Shown: positions 12,335 to 21,978, counted from the stretch's first letter. The stretch is DNA of 24,062 nt from Bifidobacterium breve (GCA_943332445.1 CALQPL010000001.1:1-24062), one strand, 5' to 3'. The notes: generated by a model not told the origin, from the sequence alone. Numbers and translations: made by a program.

Positions 12335-12365
12335 TCCGGGGCGCCAAGTCACTTGGCGCCCCGGA
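12335..12365 (+). terminator. Perfect 15-bp inverted repeat after tuf (U-tract-less terminator or mRNA 3' stabiliser)
   Basis: TCCGGGGCGCCAAGT-C-ACTTGGCGCCCCGGA, 4 nt after the tuf stop, followed by CCATCC rather than poly-U. Confidence 0.7.
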
Positions 12366-12415
12366 CCATCCACCCCCTGCACTATCCGGACCACAGTTAA
12401 GGACACGTAGCCACC

Positions 12416-12724
12416 ATGGCGGGACAAAAGATCCGCATCAGGTTGAAGGCCTATGACCACGAGGTCATCGATTCGTCAGCGCGCAAAATCGTTGACACGG
12501 TGACGCGTACTGGTGCAAAGGTTGCCGGCCCGGTGCCGTTGCCCACGGAAAAGAACGTGTTCTGTGTGATCCGTTCACCACACAAGTACAAGGACAGTCG
12601 CGAACACTTTGAGATGCGCACGCACAAGCGTCTCATCGACATTCTCGACCCCACGCCCAAGACGGTTGATTCGCTGATGCGTCTCGACCTTCCGGCTGGT
12701 GTCGACATCGAGATCAAGCTCTAA
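12416..12724 (+). CDS. rpsJ: 30S ribosomal protein S10
   Basis: [11 protein letters not shown]...GPVPLPT...[20 protein letters not shown]. Confidence 0.99.
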   Translation: MAGQKIRIRLKAYDHEVIDSSARKIVDTVTRTGAKVAGPVPLPTEKNVFCVIRSPHKYKDSREHFEMRTHKRLIDILDPTPKTVDSLMRLDLPAGVDIEIKL

Positions 12725-12736
12725 GGGACTACGACA

Positions 12737-13381
12737 ATGAGCAGGCAGGTCAAGGGAGTGCTGGGCACCAAGCTCGGTATGACCCAGGTATGGGACGAGA
12801 ACAACAAGATCGTCCCCGTTACGGTCATTGCGGCCGGACCATGCGTTGTAACGCAGGTTCGTACCCCTGACGTTGATGGTTACTCAGCTGTGCAACTGGC
12901 GTTTGGCGCGATTGACCCACGTAAGGTCAACAAGCCTGCTGCTGGACACTTCGCCAAGGCCGGGGTTACGCCTCGTCGCCACTTGGTTGAATTGCGCACC
13001 GATGATGCTGCTGAGTACGAGCTGGGTCAAGAAATCACCGCTGAAGTTTTTGAAGCCGGTCAACTCGTTGACGTCACCGGTACCACCAAGGGCAAGGGCT
13101 ACGCCGGTGTAATGAAGCGTCACGGCTTCGCTGGTGTGAGTTCCTCGCACGGTGCCCACCGCAACCACCGCAAGCCTGGTTCGATTGGCGCTTGCGCCAC
13201 CCCAGGTCGCGTGTTCCGCGGTATGCGCATGGCAGGCCGTATGGGTGGCGATCGTCAGACCACGCAGAGCCTGACCGTCCACTCCATCGACGCCGAAAAG
13301 GGCTTGGTCTTGGTAAAGGGTGCAATCCCTGGTCCCAAGGGCGGACTCGTCTTGGTTCGTAACGCCGTGAAGGGAGCCTGA
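12737..13381 (+). CDS. rplC: 50S ribosomal protein L3
   Basis: [41 protein letters not shown]. Confidence 0.99.
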   Translation: MSRQVKGVLGTKLGMTQVWDENNKIVPVTVIAAGPCVVTQVRTPDVDGYSAVQLAFGAIDPRKVNKPAAGHFAKAGVTPRRHLVELRTDDAAEYELGQEITAEVFEAGQLVDVTGTTKGKGYAGVMKRHGFAGVSSSHGAHRNHRKPGSIGACATPGRVFRGMRMAGRMGGDRQTTQSLTVHSIDAEKGLVLVKGAIPGPKGGLVLVRNAVKGA

Positions 13382-13383
13382 CG

Positions 13384-14067
13384 ATGACCAGCATTGACTT
13401 GCGCACCCCCACGGGCGAGAGCAAGGGCAGCATTGAACTGCCCGAAGAAATTTTTGATGTGACGGTCAACATTCCGTTGATCCACCAAGTGGTGGTGGCT
13501 CAGTTGGCTGCTGCTCGTCAGGGCACCCACGCCACCAAGACTCGCGGCGAAGTCCGCGGTGGTGGTAAGAAGCCATACGCACAGAAGGGAACTGGTCGCG
13601 CCCGTCAGGGTTCGATCCGCGCCCCTCAGTTCGCCGGTGGTGGAGTGGTGCACGGACCTCAGCCTCGTGACTACAGCCAGCGCACCCCCAAGAAGATGAA
13701 GGCTGCTGCTTTGCGTGGCGCTTTGTCGGATCGCGCTCGTAATGGTCGCGTTCACGTCCTGACGTCATTCATTGATGGCAGCGCACCTTCGACCAAGGAA
13801 GCTCTTGGCGCGATCAGCAACCTGACCGAGCGTAAGAACATCTTGGTTGTCTTGGACCGCAGCGAGGAAACCTCGTGGCGTTCATTGCGCAACCTGGTCA
13901 ACATTCACTTGATCACGCCAGATCAGTTGAACACCTATGACGTCCTGATCAGTGACGACGTGGTCTTCACCAAGGCGTCGATTGACACCTTCCTTGATGG
14001 CGCACCTCGCGGCAAGTCCGTCAAGGCTGTCGCATCCGAGTCCGAGATTGATGGGAGCGACGCATGA
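13384..14067 (+). CDS. rplD: 50S ribosomal protein L4
   Basis: [33 protein letters not shown]...[11 protein letters not shown], with a short C-terminal tail. Confidence 0.99.
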   Translation: MTSIDLRTPTGESKGSIELPEEIFDVTVNIPLIHQVVVAQLAAARQGTHATKTRGEVRGGGKKPYAQKGTGRARQGSIRAPQFAGGGVVHGPQPRDYSQRTPKKMKAAALRGALSDRARNGRVHVLTSFIDGSAPSTKEALGAISNLTERKNILVVLDRSEETSWRSLRNLVNIHLITPDQLNTYDVLISDDVVFTKASIDTFLDGAPRGKSVKAVASESEIDGSDA

Positions 14068-14363
14068 GAATCGCTGATCCGCGCGACATTTTGCTTGCGC
14101 CCGTGGTCTCCGAGAAGAGCTACAGCCTTCTTGACGAGAACAAGTACACCTTCTTGGTTGACCCTCGGGCCAACAAGACTCAGATCAAGATCGCCGTTGA
14201 GCAGGTTTTCAACGTCACTGTCTTGTCGGTTAACACTGCCAACCGTCAGGGCAAGCGCATCCGTACGAGGTCAGGATTTGGCCGCCGTGCAGCTACTAAG
14301 CGCGCGATTGTCAGTGTCACACCAGGTCAGCGCATCGACATTTTCGGAGGGCCGGTCTCCTAA
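14064..14363 (+). CDS. rplW: 50S ribosomal protein L23
   Basis: PVVSEKS...[19 protein letters not shown]...KRAIV. ATGA overlap with rplD. Confidence 0.98.
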   Translation: MRIADPRDILLAPVVSEKSYSLLDENKYTFLVDPRANKTQIKIAVEQVFNVTVLSVNTANRQGKRIRTRSGFGRRAATKRAIVSVTPGQRIDIFGGPVS

Positions 14364-14397
14364 GGACCGACTCACCTAACGATTAAGGGAAAACACC

Positions 14398-15234
14398 ATG
14401 GGTATCCGTAAGTACAAGCCGACAACACCAGGCCGTCGTGGCTCGAGTGTTGCCGACTTCGCTGAGATCACGCGGTCTCAGCCGGAGAAGTCGTTGGTGC
14501 GCCCGCTGCACAGCAAGGGTGGACGTAACAACACCGGTCGGATCACTACGCGTCACCAAGGTGGCGGCCACAAGCGTGCCTACCGTGTTATTGACTTCCG
14601 TCGTGCGGACAAGGACGGCGTTCCCGCCACCGTTGCTCACATTGAGTACGACCCCAACCGCACCGCGCGTATTGCTTTGCTGCACTACGCCGATGGCGAG
14701 AAGCGTTACATCATTGCCCCGAACAAGGTGGCTCAAGGCGACAAGATCGAAAGTGGTCCCACCGCCGACATCAAGCCCGGAAACAACTTGCCTTTGCGTA
14801 ACATCCCCGTCGGTACCGTGATTCACGCTATTGAATTGCGTCCCGGTGGCGGCGCCAAGCTGGCTCGTTCAGCTGGTGCCAGCGTGCAGCTCGTCGCCAA
14901 GGAAGGTCGCTTCGCTCAGTTGCGTCTGCCCTCTGGCGAAATCCGCAACGTGGATGTGCGTAACCGCGCCACTGTGGGAGAAGTCGGCAACGCCGAACAA
15001 TCCAACATCAACTGGGGTAAGGCCGGCCGTATGCGTTGGAAGGGCAAGCGCCCAACCGTTCGTGGTGTGGCTATGAACCCGGTTGACCACCCACACGGTG
15101 GTGGTGAAGGTAAGACCTCCGGTGGTCGTCACCCAGTGAGTCCTTGGGGACAAGCCGAAGGCCGTACCCGCAAGAAGAACAAAGCAAGTGACAAGTACAT
15201 CGTCCGTCGCCGCAAGTCGAACAAGAAGCGCTAG
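14398..15234 (+). CDS. rplB: 50S ribosomal protein L2
   Basis: [39 protein letters not shown]. Confidence 0.99.
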   Translation: MGIRKYKPTTPGRRGSSVADFAEITRSQPEKSLVRPLHSKGGRNNTGRITTRHQGGGHKRAYRVIDFRRADKDGVPATVAHIEYDPNRTARIALLHYADGEKRYIIAPNKVAQGDKIESGPTADIKPGNNLPLRNIPVGTVIHAIELRPGGGAKLARSAGASVQLVAKEGRFAQLRLPSGEIRNVDVRNRATVGEVGNAEQSNINWGKAGRMRWKGKRPTVRGVAMNPVDHPHGGGEGKTSGGRHPVSPWGQAEGRTRKKNKASDKYIVRRRKSNKKR

Positions 15235-15246
15235 GAGTACTAGTTC

Positions 15247-15528
15247 ATGCCTCGCAGTTTGAAAAAGGGTCCGTTCGTCGACGACCATCTGATGAAGAAG
15301 GTCGACGCTCAGAACGAGGCTGGCACGAAGAACGTCATCAAGACGTGGTCGCGCCGCTCCATGATCGTGCCTGCCATGCTCGGCCACACCATGGCCGTTC
15401 ACGATGGTCGCAAGCACGTGCCGGTTTTTGTCACGGAATCGATGGTTGGTCACAAGCTCGGTGAGTTTGCTCCCACCCGTACCTTCCGCGGCCACATCAA
15501 GGACGACCGAAAGTCTCGTAACCGCTAA
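15247..15528 (+). CDS. rpsS: 30S ribosomal protein S19
   Basis: [12 protein letters not shown]...KTWSRRS...[18 protein letters not shown] overlaps the rplB stop. Confidence 0.99.
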   Translation: MPRSLKKGPFVDDHLMKKVDAQNEAGTKNVIKTWSRRSMIVPAMLGHTMAVHDGRKHVPVFVTESMVGHKLGEFAPTRTFRGHIKDDRKSRNR

Positions 15529-15577
15529 ACAGCGTTTACATCAAGAGTTCAGTTCACACACGAGTCAGGAGTAAGAC

Positions 15578-15934
15578 ATGGAAGCCAGGGCCCAGGCGCG
15601 GTACGTCCGCGTTACGCCCATGAAGGCACGACGGGTCGTTGACCTGATTCGTGGCCTTCCGGCGGCCGATGCTGCAGCAATTCTGCGGTTCGCCCCTCAG
15701 GCTGCAAGCGAGCCCGTGGGCAAGGTCCTCGCTAGCGCGGTGGCCAACGCAGAGAACAACTTGCGCATCAACCCCGCAACCCTGATCGTGTCGCAGGCCT
15801 ACGTTGACGAAGGCCCGACCATGAAGCGTTTCCGTCCGCGCGCCCAAGGCCGTGCGTACCGCATCCGTAAGCGCACCAGCCACATCACCGTTGTTGTTGC
15901 TTCGGTTGATCAATCGAAGGGTGGGGCCAACTAG
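15578..15934 (+). CDS. rplV: 50S ribosomal protein L22
   Basis: [11 protein letters not shown]...SAVANA...[27 protein letters not shown]. Confidence 0.99.
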   Translation: MEARAQARYVRVTPMKARRVVDLIRGLPAADAAAILRFAPQAASEPVGKVLASAVANAENNLRINPATLIVSQAYVDEGPTMKRFRPRAQGRAYRIRKRTSHITVVVASVDQSKGGAN

Positions 15935-16770
15935 TGGGCCAGAAAGTCAATCCCCATGGTTTCCGACTTGGAATTACTTCCGAGTTTCGGTCACGTTGGT
16001 TTGCTGACAGCAGTGCTGTCGGTCAGCGTTACCGCGACTACATCAAGGAAGACGTCGCCATCCGCGAACTCATGACTAAGGGTATGGAGCGCGCCGGAAT
16101 TTCTCGCGTCGAAATTGAGCGCACCCGTGATCGCGTTCGCGTGGACATTCACACCGCACGCCCCGGCATCGTCATTGGTCGTCGTGGAGCCGAAGCAGAC
16201 CGCATTCGTGGCGATCTGGAAAAGCTCACCGGCAAGCAGGTCCAGTTGAACATTCTTGAGGTGAAGAACCCTGAGATTGACGCACAACTTGTGGCCCAGG
16301 GTGTTGCTGAGCAACTCTCCAGCCGTGTCTCGTTCCGTCGTGCCATGCGTAAGTCCATGCAGGGGACCATGAAGTCTGGTGCCAAGGGCATCCGAGTTCA
16401 GGTGTCTGGTCGTTTGGGTGGCGCTGAAATGTCACGCTCGGAGTTCTACCGCGAAGGTCGTGTGCCGCTGCACACCCTGCGTGCCGACATTGACTACGGC
16501 TTCTACGAGGCGCGTACCACCTTCGGTCGCATTGGTGTCAAGGTCTGGATCTACAAGGGTGACCTCATCGGTGGTCGTGCCGAGCGTGCCCAGAAGGAAG
16601 CCTTGGAGCGCGCTGCTAGTCGCGGCCGTCCCTCGACTCCTCGCACCGGTGGTCGTCCACGCCGTGCCGAAGCCGAAGCTCCTGTCATCACCTCGGAATC
16701 TGCTGAGTCTGTAGCAGTGGTGACCGAAGCCGCTCCTGTTGTTGTTACTGAAACCACTGAGGGGGCATGA
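15934..16770 (+). CDS. rpsC: 30S ribosomal protein S3 with low-complexity C-terminal tail
   Basis: [13 protein letters not shown]...[10 protein letters not shown]...[14 protein letters not shown]...[14 protein letters not shown] overlap with rplV. Confidence 0.99.
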   Translation: MGQKVNPHGFRLGITSEFRSRWFADSSAVGQRYRDYIKEDVAIRELMTKGMERAGISRVEIERTRDRVRVDIHTARPGIVIGRRGAEADRIRGDLEKLTGKQVQLNILEVKNPEIDAQLVAQGVAEQLSSRVSFRRAMRKSMQGTMKSGAKGIRVQVSGRLGGAEMSRSEFYREGRVPLHTLRADIDYGFYEARTTFGRIGVKVWIYKGDLIGGRAERAQKEALERAASRGRPSTPRTGGRPRRAEAEAPVITSESAESVAVVTEAAPVVVTETTEGA

Positions 16771-16771
16771 C

Positions 16772-17191
16772 ATGTTGATTCCTCGCAAAGTGAAGTACCG
16801 CAAGCAGCACCGCCCGGATCGTCACGGTGCAGCTTCTGGTGGTACTCGCGTAGTTTTCGGCGAATGGGGCATTCAAGCCCTTGAGCCGGCTTATGTCACC
16901 AACCGTCAGATTGAGGCTGCTCGTATTGCGATCACGCGTCACATCCGTCGTGGTGGCAAGGTCTGGATCACTATTTACCCAGACCGTCCGTTGACCAAGA
17001 AGCCTGCTGAAACCCGCATGGGTTCTGGTAAGGGTTCACCCGAATGGTGGGTGGCCAACGTTAAGCCCGGACGCGTGATGTTCGAGTTGTCTTTCCCCAA
17101 CGAAAAGGTGGCGAAAGAAGCTTTGACCCGCGCCGTGCACAAGCTTCCGATGAAGTGCCGAATTATTCGGCGCGAGGCAGGTGAGGCATAA
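16772..17191 (+). CDS. rplP: 50S ribosomal protein L16 (start corrected to ATG 16772)
   Basis: [14 protein letters not shown]...RQIEAARIA...[12 protein letters not shown]. Confidence 0.98.
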   Translation: MLIPRKVKYRKQHRPDRHGAASGGTRVVFGEWGIQALEPAYVTNRQIEAARIAITRHIRRGGKVWITIYPDRPLTKKPAETRMGSGKGSPEWWVANVKPGRVMFELSFPNEKVAKEALTRAVHKLPMKCRIIRREAGEA

Positions 17192-17422
17192 ATGGCCGTC
17201 AACGCCAGTATTACGGAGATCCGCGATCTCGATGACGAAGCATTGGTCATCAAGTTGCGCGAATCAAAGGAAGAACTGTTCAACCTTAGGTTTCAAGCGG
17301 CCACTGGTCAGCTTGAAAGTCATGGACGTCTGCGTTCAGTCCGCAAGGACATCGCGCGGATTTACACCATCATGCGTGAGCGCGAGCTCGGCATTACCTC
17401 CTACGAAGGCGGTGCAGCATGA
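17192..17422 (+). CDS. rpmC: 50S ribosomal protein L29
   Basis: [17 protein letters not shown]...[10 protein letters not shown]. Abuts the rplP stop. Confidence 0.98.
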   Translation: MAVNASITEIRDLDDEALVIKLRESKEELFNLRFQAATGQLESHGRLRSVRKDIARIYTIMRERELGITSYEGGAA

Positions 17423-17688
17423 GTGAAAACAGCATCGATCGCACAGACCGCAAGGTGCGTGAAGGTCTGGTCGTCAGCGACAAGATGGATAAGACCGTCG
17501 TCGTCGCCGTTGAAGACCGCTTCAAGCACGCGGTGTACAGCAAGGTCGTTCGCCGTACCAACAAGCTCAAGGCCCACGATGAAAACAACGCTGCCGGTAT
17601 CGGTGACCGCGTTTTGATCATGGAAACCCGCCCACTCTCAGCCACCAAGCGCTGGCGAGTGGTTGAAATTCTCGAAAAGGCCAAGTAA
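17419..17688 (+). CDS. rpsQ: 30S ribosomal protein S17
   Basis: [14 protein letters not shown]...KAHDENN...[16 protein letters not shown] overlap with rpmC. Confidence 0.99.
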   Translation: MSENSIDRTDRKVREGLVVSDKMDKTVVVAVEDRFKHAVYSKVVRRTNKLKAHDENNAAGIGDRVLIMETRPLSATKRWRVVEILEKAK

Positions 17689-17697
17689 CACCCACCC

Positions 17698-17734
17698 GTC
17701 CGTTCCGCCAGGCTCGGTAAGAGAACCAGCAGAC
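17698..17734 (+). promoter_or_regulatory. Compact structured element upstream of rplN (candidate three-way junction)
   Basis: GTC/GAC, GTT/AAC, CC-GCCA-GG and CTC-GGTAA-GAG, directly before SD AGGAG. Confidence 0.35.
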
Positions 17735-17749
17735 ACTTCAGGAGTAATC

Positions 17750-18118
17750 GTGATCCAGCAGGAGTCGCGGCTTCGCGTCGCCGACAACACCGGTGCCAAG
17801 GAAATCTTGTGCATCCGCGTTCTCGGCGGTTCGGGTCGGCGTTATGCCGGTATCGGTGACGTCATCGTCGCCACAGTCAAGGACGCCATCCCCGGTGGCG
17901 GTGTGAAGAAGGGTGACGTCGTCAAGGCAGTCATCGTTCGCACCACCAAGGAGCGTCGTCGTCCCGATGGTTCGTACATCAAGTTCGACGAGAACGCTGC
18001 CGTCATCCTCAAGGGCGATGGTGAGCCTCGTGGTACCCGCATCTTTGGTCCAGTCGGCCGTGAACTTCGCGACAAGAAGTTCATGAAGATCATTTCGTTA
18101 GCGCCGGAGGTGCTCTGA
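17750..18118 (+). CDS. rplN: 50S ribosomal protein L14 (GTG start at 17750, 122 aa)
   Basis: [17 protein letters not shown]...FDENAAV...[20 protein letters not shown] at 17740-44. Confidence 0.99.
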   Translation: MIQQESRLRVADNTGAKEILCIRVLGGSGRRYAGIGDVIVATVKDAIPGGGVKKGDVVKAVIVRTTKERRRPDGSYIKFDENAAVILKGDGEPRGTRIFGPVGRELRDKKFMKIISLAPEVL

Positions 18119-18459
18119 TGAACATCAAAAAGGGCGACCTCGTACAGGTCATTTCAGGACGCGACAAGGGTCTCCAGGGCAAGGTCATTGCTGCCTTCCC
18201 CGAGACTGACAAGCTCCTGGTGGAGGGTGTGAACCGCGTAACGCGTCACACCAAGGTCGAGCAGACGCAGTTTGGTTCCAAGCAAGGCGGGATCATCACC
18301 ACTGAGTCTCCGATCCACGTCAGCAACGTCATGTTGGTAGACCCCGAGACCAAGAAGCCCACGCGCGTTGGCTTCCGCAAGGAATCTGTGGAACTGCCTA
18401 ACGGTGGCACCAAAGAGCGCAGCGTGCGAATTTCAAAGCGAACCGGTAAGGACATCTGA
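18118..18459 (+). CDS. rplX: 50S ribosomal protein L24
   Basis: KOW motif [16 protein letters not shown]...VEGVN...[14 protein letters not shown] overlap with rplN. Confidence 0.99.
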   Translation: MNIKKGDLVQVISGRDKGLQGKVIAAFPETDKLLVEGVNRVTRHTKVEQTQFGSKQGGIITTESPIHVSNVMLVDPETKKPTRVGFRKESVELPNGGTKERSVRISKRTGKDI

Positions 18460-19019
18460 TGACTGACACTTCTAACTCACCACGTTTGAAGCTTCGCTAC
18501 CGCGAAGAGATCTCGCCCGCTTTGCGCGAAGAGTTCTCTTACGCCAACGTCATGCAGGTACCCACCGTCACCAAGGTTGTCGTCAACATGGGTGTGGGTG
18601 AAGCCGCTCGTGACTCCAAGCTCATCGATGGCGCTGTCCGCGACCTCTCGGCGATCACCGGCCAAAAGCCGACCGTGACAAAGGCTCGCAAGTCCATCGC
18701 GCAGTTCAAGTTGCGTGAAGGAATGCCCATTGGCGCGCACACCACCTTGCGTGGCGACCGCATGTGGGAGTTCCTGGACCGCCTCTTGTCGGTAGCCCTT
18801 CCTCGTATTCGTGACTTCCGTGGCTTGTCTCCCAAGCACTTTGACGGTCGCGGTAACTACACCTTTGGTCTCACCGAACAGTCCATGTTCCACGAGATCG
18901 ATCAAGACAAGATTGACCGAGTTCGCGGAATGGACATCACCATCGTGACCACGGCCATCAATGACGACGAGGGCCGGGCACTGCTTCGCCGCCTGGGCTT
19001 TCCCTTCAAGGAGAACTGA
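18459..19019 (+). CDS. rplE: 50S ribosomal protein L5
   Basis: KVVVNMGVG...ITGQKP...FKLREG...LPRIRDFRG...[13 protein letters not shown] overlap with rplX. Confidence 0.99.
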   Translation: MTDTSNSPRLKLRYREEISPALREEFSYANVMQVPTVTKVVVNMGVGEAARDSKLIDGAVRDLSAITGQKPTVTKARKSIAQFKLREGMPIGAHTTLRGDRMWEFLDRLLSVALPRIRDFRGLSPKHFDGRGNYTFGLTEQSMFHEIDQDKIDRVRGMDITIVTTAINDDEGRALLRRLGFPFKEN

Positions 19020-19020
19020 T

Positions 19021-19206
19021 ATGGCAAAGAAGGCCCTAGTCAATAAGGCAGAGCGCAAGCCGAAGTTCAAGGTTCGCGGCTACACCCGATGCAACCGTTG
19101 CGGTCGTCCGCACGCTGTGTATCGCAAGTTCGGCTTGTGCCGTATCTGCCTTCGCGAGATGGCACACCGCGGCGAACTCCCCGGCATCACTAAGAGCAGC
19201 TGGTAA
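19021..19206 (+). CDS. rpsN: 30S ribosomal protein S14 type Z (61 aa, Zn-binding C+ form)
   Basis: MAKKAL...RCNRCGR...GLCRICLRE...PGITKSSW, with a CxxC-x12-CxxC motif. The ORF-track start at 18961 is not the real start. Confidence 0.99.
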   Translation: MAKKALVNKAERKPKFKVRGYTRCNRCGRPHAVYRKFGLCRICLREMAHRGELPGITKSSW

Positions 19207-19212
19207 CTACCA

Positions 19213-19248
19213 CTACGACGAAGGTCCCTGCGGGGAAACCACGACGAG
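19213..19248 (+). promoter_or_regulatory. Candidate uS8-binding operator hairpin (16S helix-21 mimic) upstream of rpsH
   Basis: AGGUCCC-UGCG-GGGAAACC: G-C, G-C, U-A with two bulged A, C-G x3, UNCG loop. Lower stem CG-A-CG/CG-A-CG. Confidence 0.55.
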
Positions 19249-19269
19249 AAAGGCCTTGAGGCCAAGCAC

Positions 19270-19674
19270 ATGACCATGACAGACCCGATTGCGGACATGT
19301 TGACCCGCGTCCGGAACGCAAACTCTGCGTACCACGACGTAGTTCTCATGCCATCAAGCAACATCAAGACGCACGTCGCCGACATCCTCAAGCGTGAGGG
19401 TTACATCGGTAGCTGGAGCGTGGAAGATGCTGAAGGCGGCGTAGGCAAGACCTTGCGTCTTGACCTGAAGTACGGCCCCAACCGCGAGCGTTCAATCGCC
19501 GGCATCAAGCGCGTCTCCAAGCCCGGTCTTCGCGTGTACGCAAAGTCCACCGCACTTCCTAAGGTCCTTGGCGGCCTAGGCATTGCGATCATCTCGACCT
19601 CGTCCGGTCTTTTGACTGACCGACAGGCCGCTAAGCAGGGTGTAGGCGGAGAAGTTCTCGCCTACGTCTGGTAA
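19270..19674 (+). CDS. rpsH: 30S ribosomal protein S8
   Basis: [17 protein letters not shown]...[10 protein letters not shown]...[14 protein letters not shown]...GGEVLAYVW. Confidence 0.99.
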   Translation: MTMTDPIADMLTRVRNANSAYHDVVLMPSSNIKTHVADILKREGYIGSWSVEDAEGGVGKTLRLDLKYGPNRERSIAGIKRVSKPGLRVYAKSTALPKVLGGLGIAIISTSSGLLTDRQAAKQGVGGEVLAYVW

Positions 19675-19689
19675 CGGGAGGTCATCGAA

Positions 19690-20229
19690 ATGTCACGTAT
19701 TGGACGTATGCCGATCACCATTCCTAACGGTGTCGAAATCAACGTTGACGGCCAGGAAGTCACGGTCAAGGGTCCCAAGGGAACTTTGAGCGAGATCATC
19801 GTTGAGCCCATCAAGGTTGTTCGCAATGACGACGGATCCATCGGCGTGGAACGCCCCGATGACGACCGCCGCAACCGTTCACTTCATGGTCTATCGCGCA
19901 CCTTGATCAATAACATGGTCGTCGGTGTCACCGAGGGCTACAAGAAGACGCTCGAGATTGTTGGCGTTGGTTACCGTGTGGCCGCCGCTGGCAACAACCT
20001 TGAGTTCGCTCTTGGCTTTAGCCACCCGGTCATTGTTGAAGCTCCTGAAGGAATCTCCTTCGAGGTGGAATCACCCACTCGCTTCCACGTCAGTGGGATT
20101 AACAAGCAGCGCGTGGGCGAAGTATCCGCCAATATCCGCAAGTTGCGTAAGCCTGACCCTTACAAGGGCAAAGGCGTGCGTTACCAAGGTGAAGTCGTTC
20201 GCCGCAAGGTCGGAAAGGCGGGTAAGTAA
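19690..20229 (+). CDS. rplF: 50S ribosomal protein L6
   Basis: MSRIGRMPI...VKGPKGTL...LGFSHPV...[21 protein letters not shown]. Confidence 0.99.
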   Translation: MSRIGRMPITIPNGVEINVDGQEVTVKGPKGTLSEIIVEPIKVVRNDDGSIGVERPDDDRRNRSLHGLSRTLINNMVVGVTEGYKKTLEIVGVGYRVAAAGNNLEFALGFSHPVIVEAPEGISFEVESPTRFHVSGINKQRVGEVSANIRKLRKPDPYKGKGVRYQGEVVRRKVGKAGK

Positions 20230-20232
20230 GCC

Positions 20233-20619
20233 ATGGCTGTCTCCGTAAAGTTGAGTGGTACTCCCACCAACCCCAAGACCATTGGTCGCCGCCGCCGCCA
20301 CATTCGCGTTCGCAAGAAGGTCAGTGGCACCCCCGACCGTCCCCGCTTGGTGGTCACGCGCTCTACGCGTCACCTCTTCGTGCAGATCGTCGACGACGTT
20401 GCTGGTCGCACCTTGGCTTCGGCATCCACGATGGAAGCCGACCTGCGTGCAAGTGGCGACGACAAGACCGCCAAGGCTCGCTCTGTGGGTGGCAACATCG
20501 CCCAGCGCGCTAAGGACGCCGGCATCAGCACGGTCGTGTTTGACCGTGGCGGAAACCGTTACGCAGGACGCGTTGCAGCTTTGGCTGACGGCGCCCGCGA
20601 AGGAGGTCTCGACTTCTAA
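20233..20619 (+). CDS. rplR: 50S ribosomal protein L18
   Basis: [20 protein letters not shown]...[26 protein letters not shown]. Confidence 0.99.
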   Translation: MAVSVKLSGTPTNPKTIGRRRRHIRVRKKVSGTPDRPRLVVTRSTRHLFVQIVDDVAGRTLASASTMEADLRASGDDKTAKARSVGGNIAQRAKDAGISTVVFDRGGNRYAGRVAALADGAREGGLDF

Positions 20620-20659
20620 TGACGATGACTTCAGCAACTACAGAAACGAGGGTCAACTG

Positions 20660-21244
20660 ATGGCAGGCGCTGCAGGCGGCAACGAACGCCGCGACCGTCG
20701 TGATGGCCGTGGCCCAGCCGCGGAAAAGAGTGCTTACCTCGAGCGCGTGGTAACGATTAACCGCGTGTCCAAGGTGGTTAAGGGTGGACGTCGCTTTAGC
20801 TTCACCGCTCTGGTTGTTGTCGGCGACGGCAACGGTCAAGTCGGTGTGGGTTATGGCAAGGCCAAGGAAGTCCCGGCCGCGATTGCTAAGGGTGTCGAAG
20901 AAGCCAAGCGCAACTTCTTCACCGTTCCTCGCATCCAGGGCACCATCCCGCACAGTGTTCAGGGTGAAGCTGCTGCTGGCGTTGTTCTCTTGCGCCCGGC
21001 CTCACCTGGTACCGGAGTTATCGCCGGTGGACCAGTGCGCGCCGTGCTTGAGTGCGCTGGCGTTCACGATGTCTTGAGCAAGTCCTTGGGTTCAGACAAC
21101 GCCATCAACGTGGTTCACGCCACGGTGGCAGCCCTGCGCATGCTCGAAAGCCCACAGGCAGTTGCGGCCCGCCGCGGATTGCCTGTCGAAGATGTTGCTC
21201 CTGCAGCCTTGCTGCGAGCTCAGGCCGCTGGAACGGGGGCCTAA
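20660..21244 (+). CDS. rpsE: 30S ribosomal protein S5 (start corrected to ATG 20660, 194 aa)
   Basis: [25 protein letters not shown]...[15 protein letters not shown]...[15 protein letters not shown] before 20660. Confidence 0.97.
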   Translation: MAGAAGGNERRDRRDGRGPAAEKSAYLERVVTINRVSKVVKGGRRFSFTALVVVGDGNGQVGVGYGKAKEVPAAIAKGVEEAKRNFFTVPRIQGTIPHSVQGEAAAGVVLLRPASPGTGVIAGGPVRAVLECAGVHDVLSKSLGSDNAINVVHATVAALRMLESPQAVAARRGLPVEDVAPAALLRAQAAGTGA

Positions 21245-21247
21245 CTC

Positions 21248-21430
21248 ATGGCACGTTTGAAAGTGACGCAGACCCGATCAAAGATCGGTGGCAAGCAAAA
21301 CCAGCGCGACACTCTCCGCTCGCTTGGCCTCAAGCGCATCGGTGATGTGGTCGTTAAGGAAGACCGTCCCGAAATTCGTGGCATGGTCCACACGGTCCGA
21401 CACCTCGTGACCGTTGAGGAGGTTGACTGA
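21248..21430 (+). CDS. rpmD: 50S ribosomal protein L30
   Basis: LKVTQTRS...[10 protein letters not shown]...IRGMV..V.HLV. Confidence 0.98.
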   Translation: MARLKVTQTRSKIGGKQNQRDTLRSLGLKRIGDVVVKEDRPEIRGMVHTVRHLVTVEEVD

Positions 21431-21431
21431 T

Positions 21432-21872
21432 ATGACGCTCAAAGTCCATCACCTGCGCCCAGCGCCAGGTTCACACAAGGCCAAGACCCGTGTGGGTCGT
21501 GGTGAAGCCAGCAAGGGAAAGACGGCTGGTCGCGGTACCAAGGGAACCAAGGCCCGCTACCAAGTCCCCGCACGCTTCGAGGGTGGCCAAATGCCCCTTC
21601 ACATGCGTCTTCCTAAGCTGCGCGGATTCACTAACCCTTTCCGTGTTGAATATCAAGTGGTCAACCTCGACAAGCTGGGCGAACTCTTCCCAGCTGGTGG
21701 CGAAGTCACCATTGAGGACCTGGTCAAGGCAGGCGCTGTCCGCAAGGACGAGCCAGTCAAGATCTTGGGCTCGGGCGAGATCACCGTTGCTCTGCAGATT
21801 GAGGCCAACCGGTTCTCAGCCTCGGCAAAAGACAAGATTGTTGCCGCTGGCGGTACCGCTACCCAGATCTAG
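21432..21872 (+). CDS. rplO: 50S ribosomal protein L15 (start corrected to ATG 21432)
   Basis: LRPAPGS...[19 protein letters not shown]...[12 protein letters not shown]...KILGSG. Confidence 0.98.
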   Translation: MTLKVHHLRPAPGSHKAKTRVGRGEASKGKTAGRGTKGTKARYQVPARFEGGQMPLHMRLPKLRGFTNPFRVEYQVVNLDKLGELFPAGGEVTIEDLVKAGAVRKDEPVKILGSGEITVALQIEANRFSASAKDKIVAAGGTATQI

Positions 21873-21938
21873 TCTGGACTCAGGCTCGGCTAGGGCCTAA
21901 GTTCGGCAGGGACTGTGTACCTGGACTCAAGTTCCCCA

Positions 21939-21944
21939 TAGGGT
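21939..21944 (+). promoter_or_regulatory. Candidate internal -10 (TAGGGT) for secY-adk-map
   Basis: TAnnnT hexamer 34 nt upstream of the secY GTG, leaving a short UTR containing SD AGGAGG (21967-72). Only a weak -35 (TGTACC). Confidence 0.3.
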
Positions 21945-21978
21945 TCTACGGCTAGCAAGATCAACTAGGAGGCTCCGC

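Noticed and set aside
11083-12386. Identical 8-mer GCACTATC after the hairpins in both the fusA-tuf (11083) and tuf-rpsJ (12379) spacers
   Set aside because: A shared 8-mer between two ~90-nt spacers has a chance expectation near 0.1 per pair, and many spacer pairs were compared; its distance from hairpin and SD also differs.
16600-16770. Arg/Pro then Ala/Val/Glu/Thr low-complexity tail on S3, and the short tail on L4
   Set aside because: Such variable disordered extensions are common in actinobacterial S3 and L4; no repeat unit or domain is recognisable.
20255-20659. 135-aa N-terminal extension of S5 overlapping rplR out of frame
   Set aside because: It is an alternative frame of rplR with no SD or frameshift signal. 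S5 has its own SD and ATG at 20660.
8038-21244. Possible antibiotic self-resistance alleles in rpsL, fusA, tuf, rpsJ, rplC and rpsE
   Set aside because: The hotspots I can read are wild-type-like: S12 PKKPN and RVKDLPG, EF-G GELHL, EF-Tu RFAIRE, S10 PHKYK, L3 GAC, S5 VVKGGR. The rifampicin region of rpoB is outside the window.
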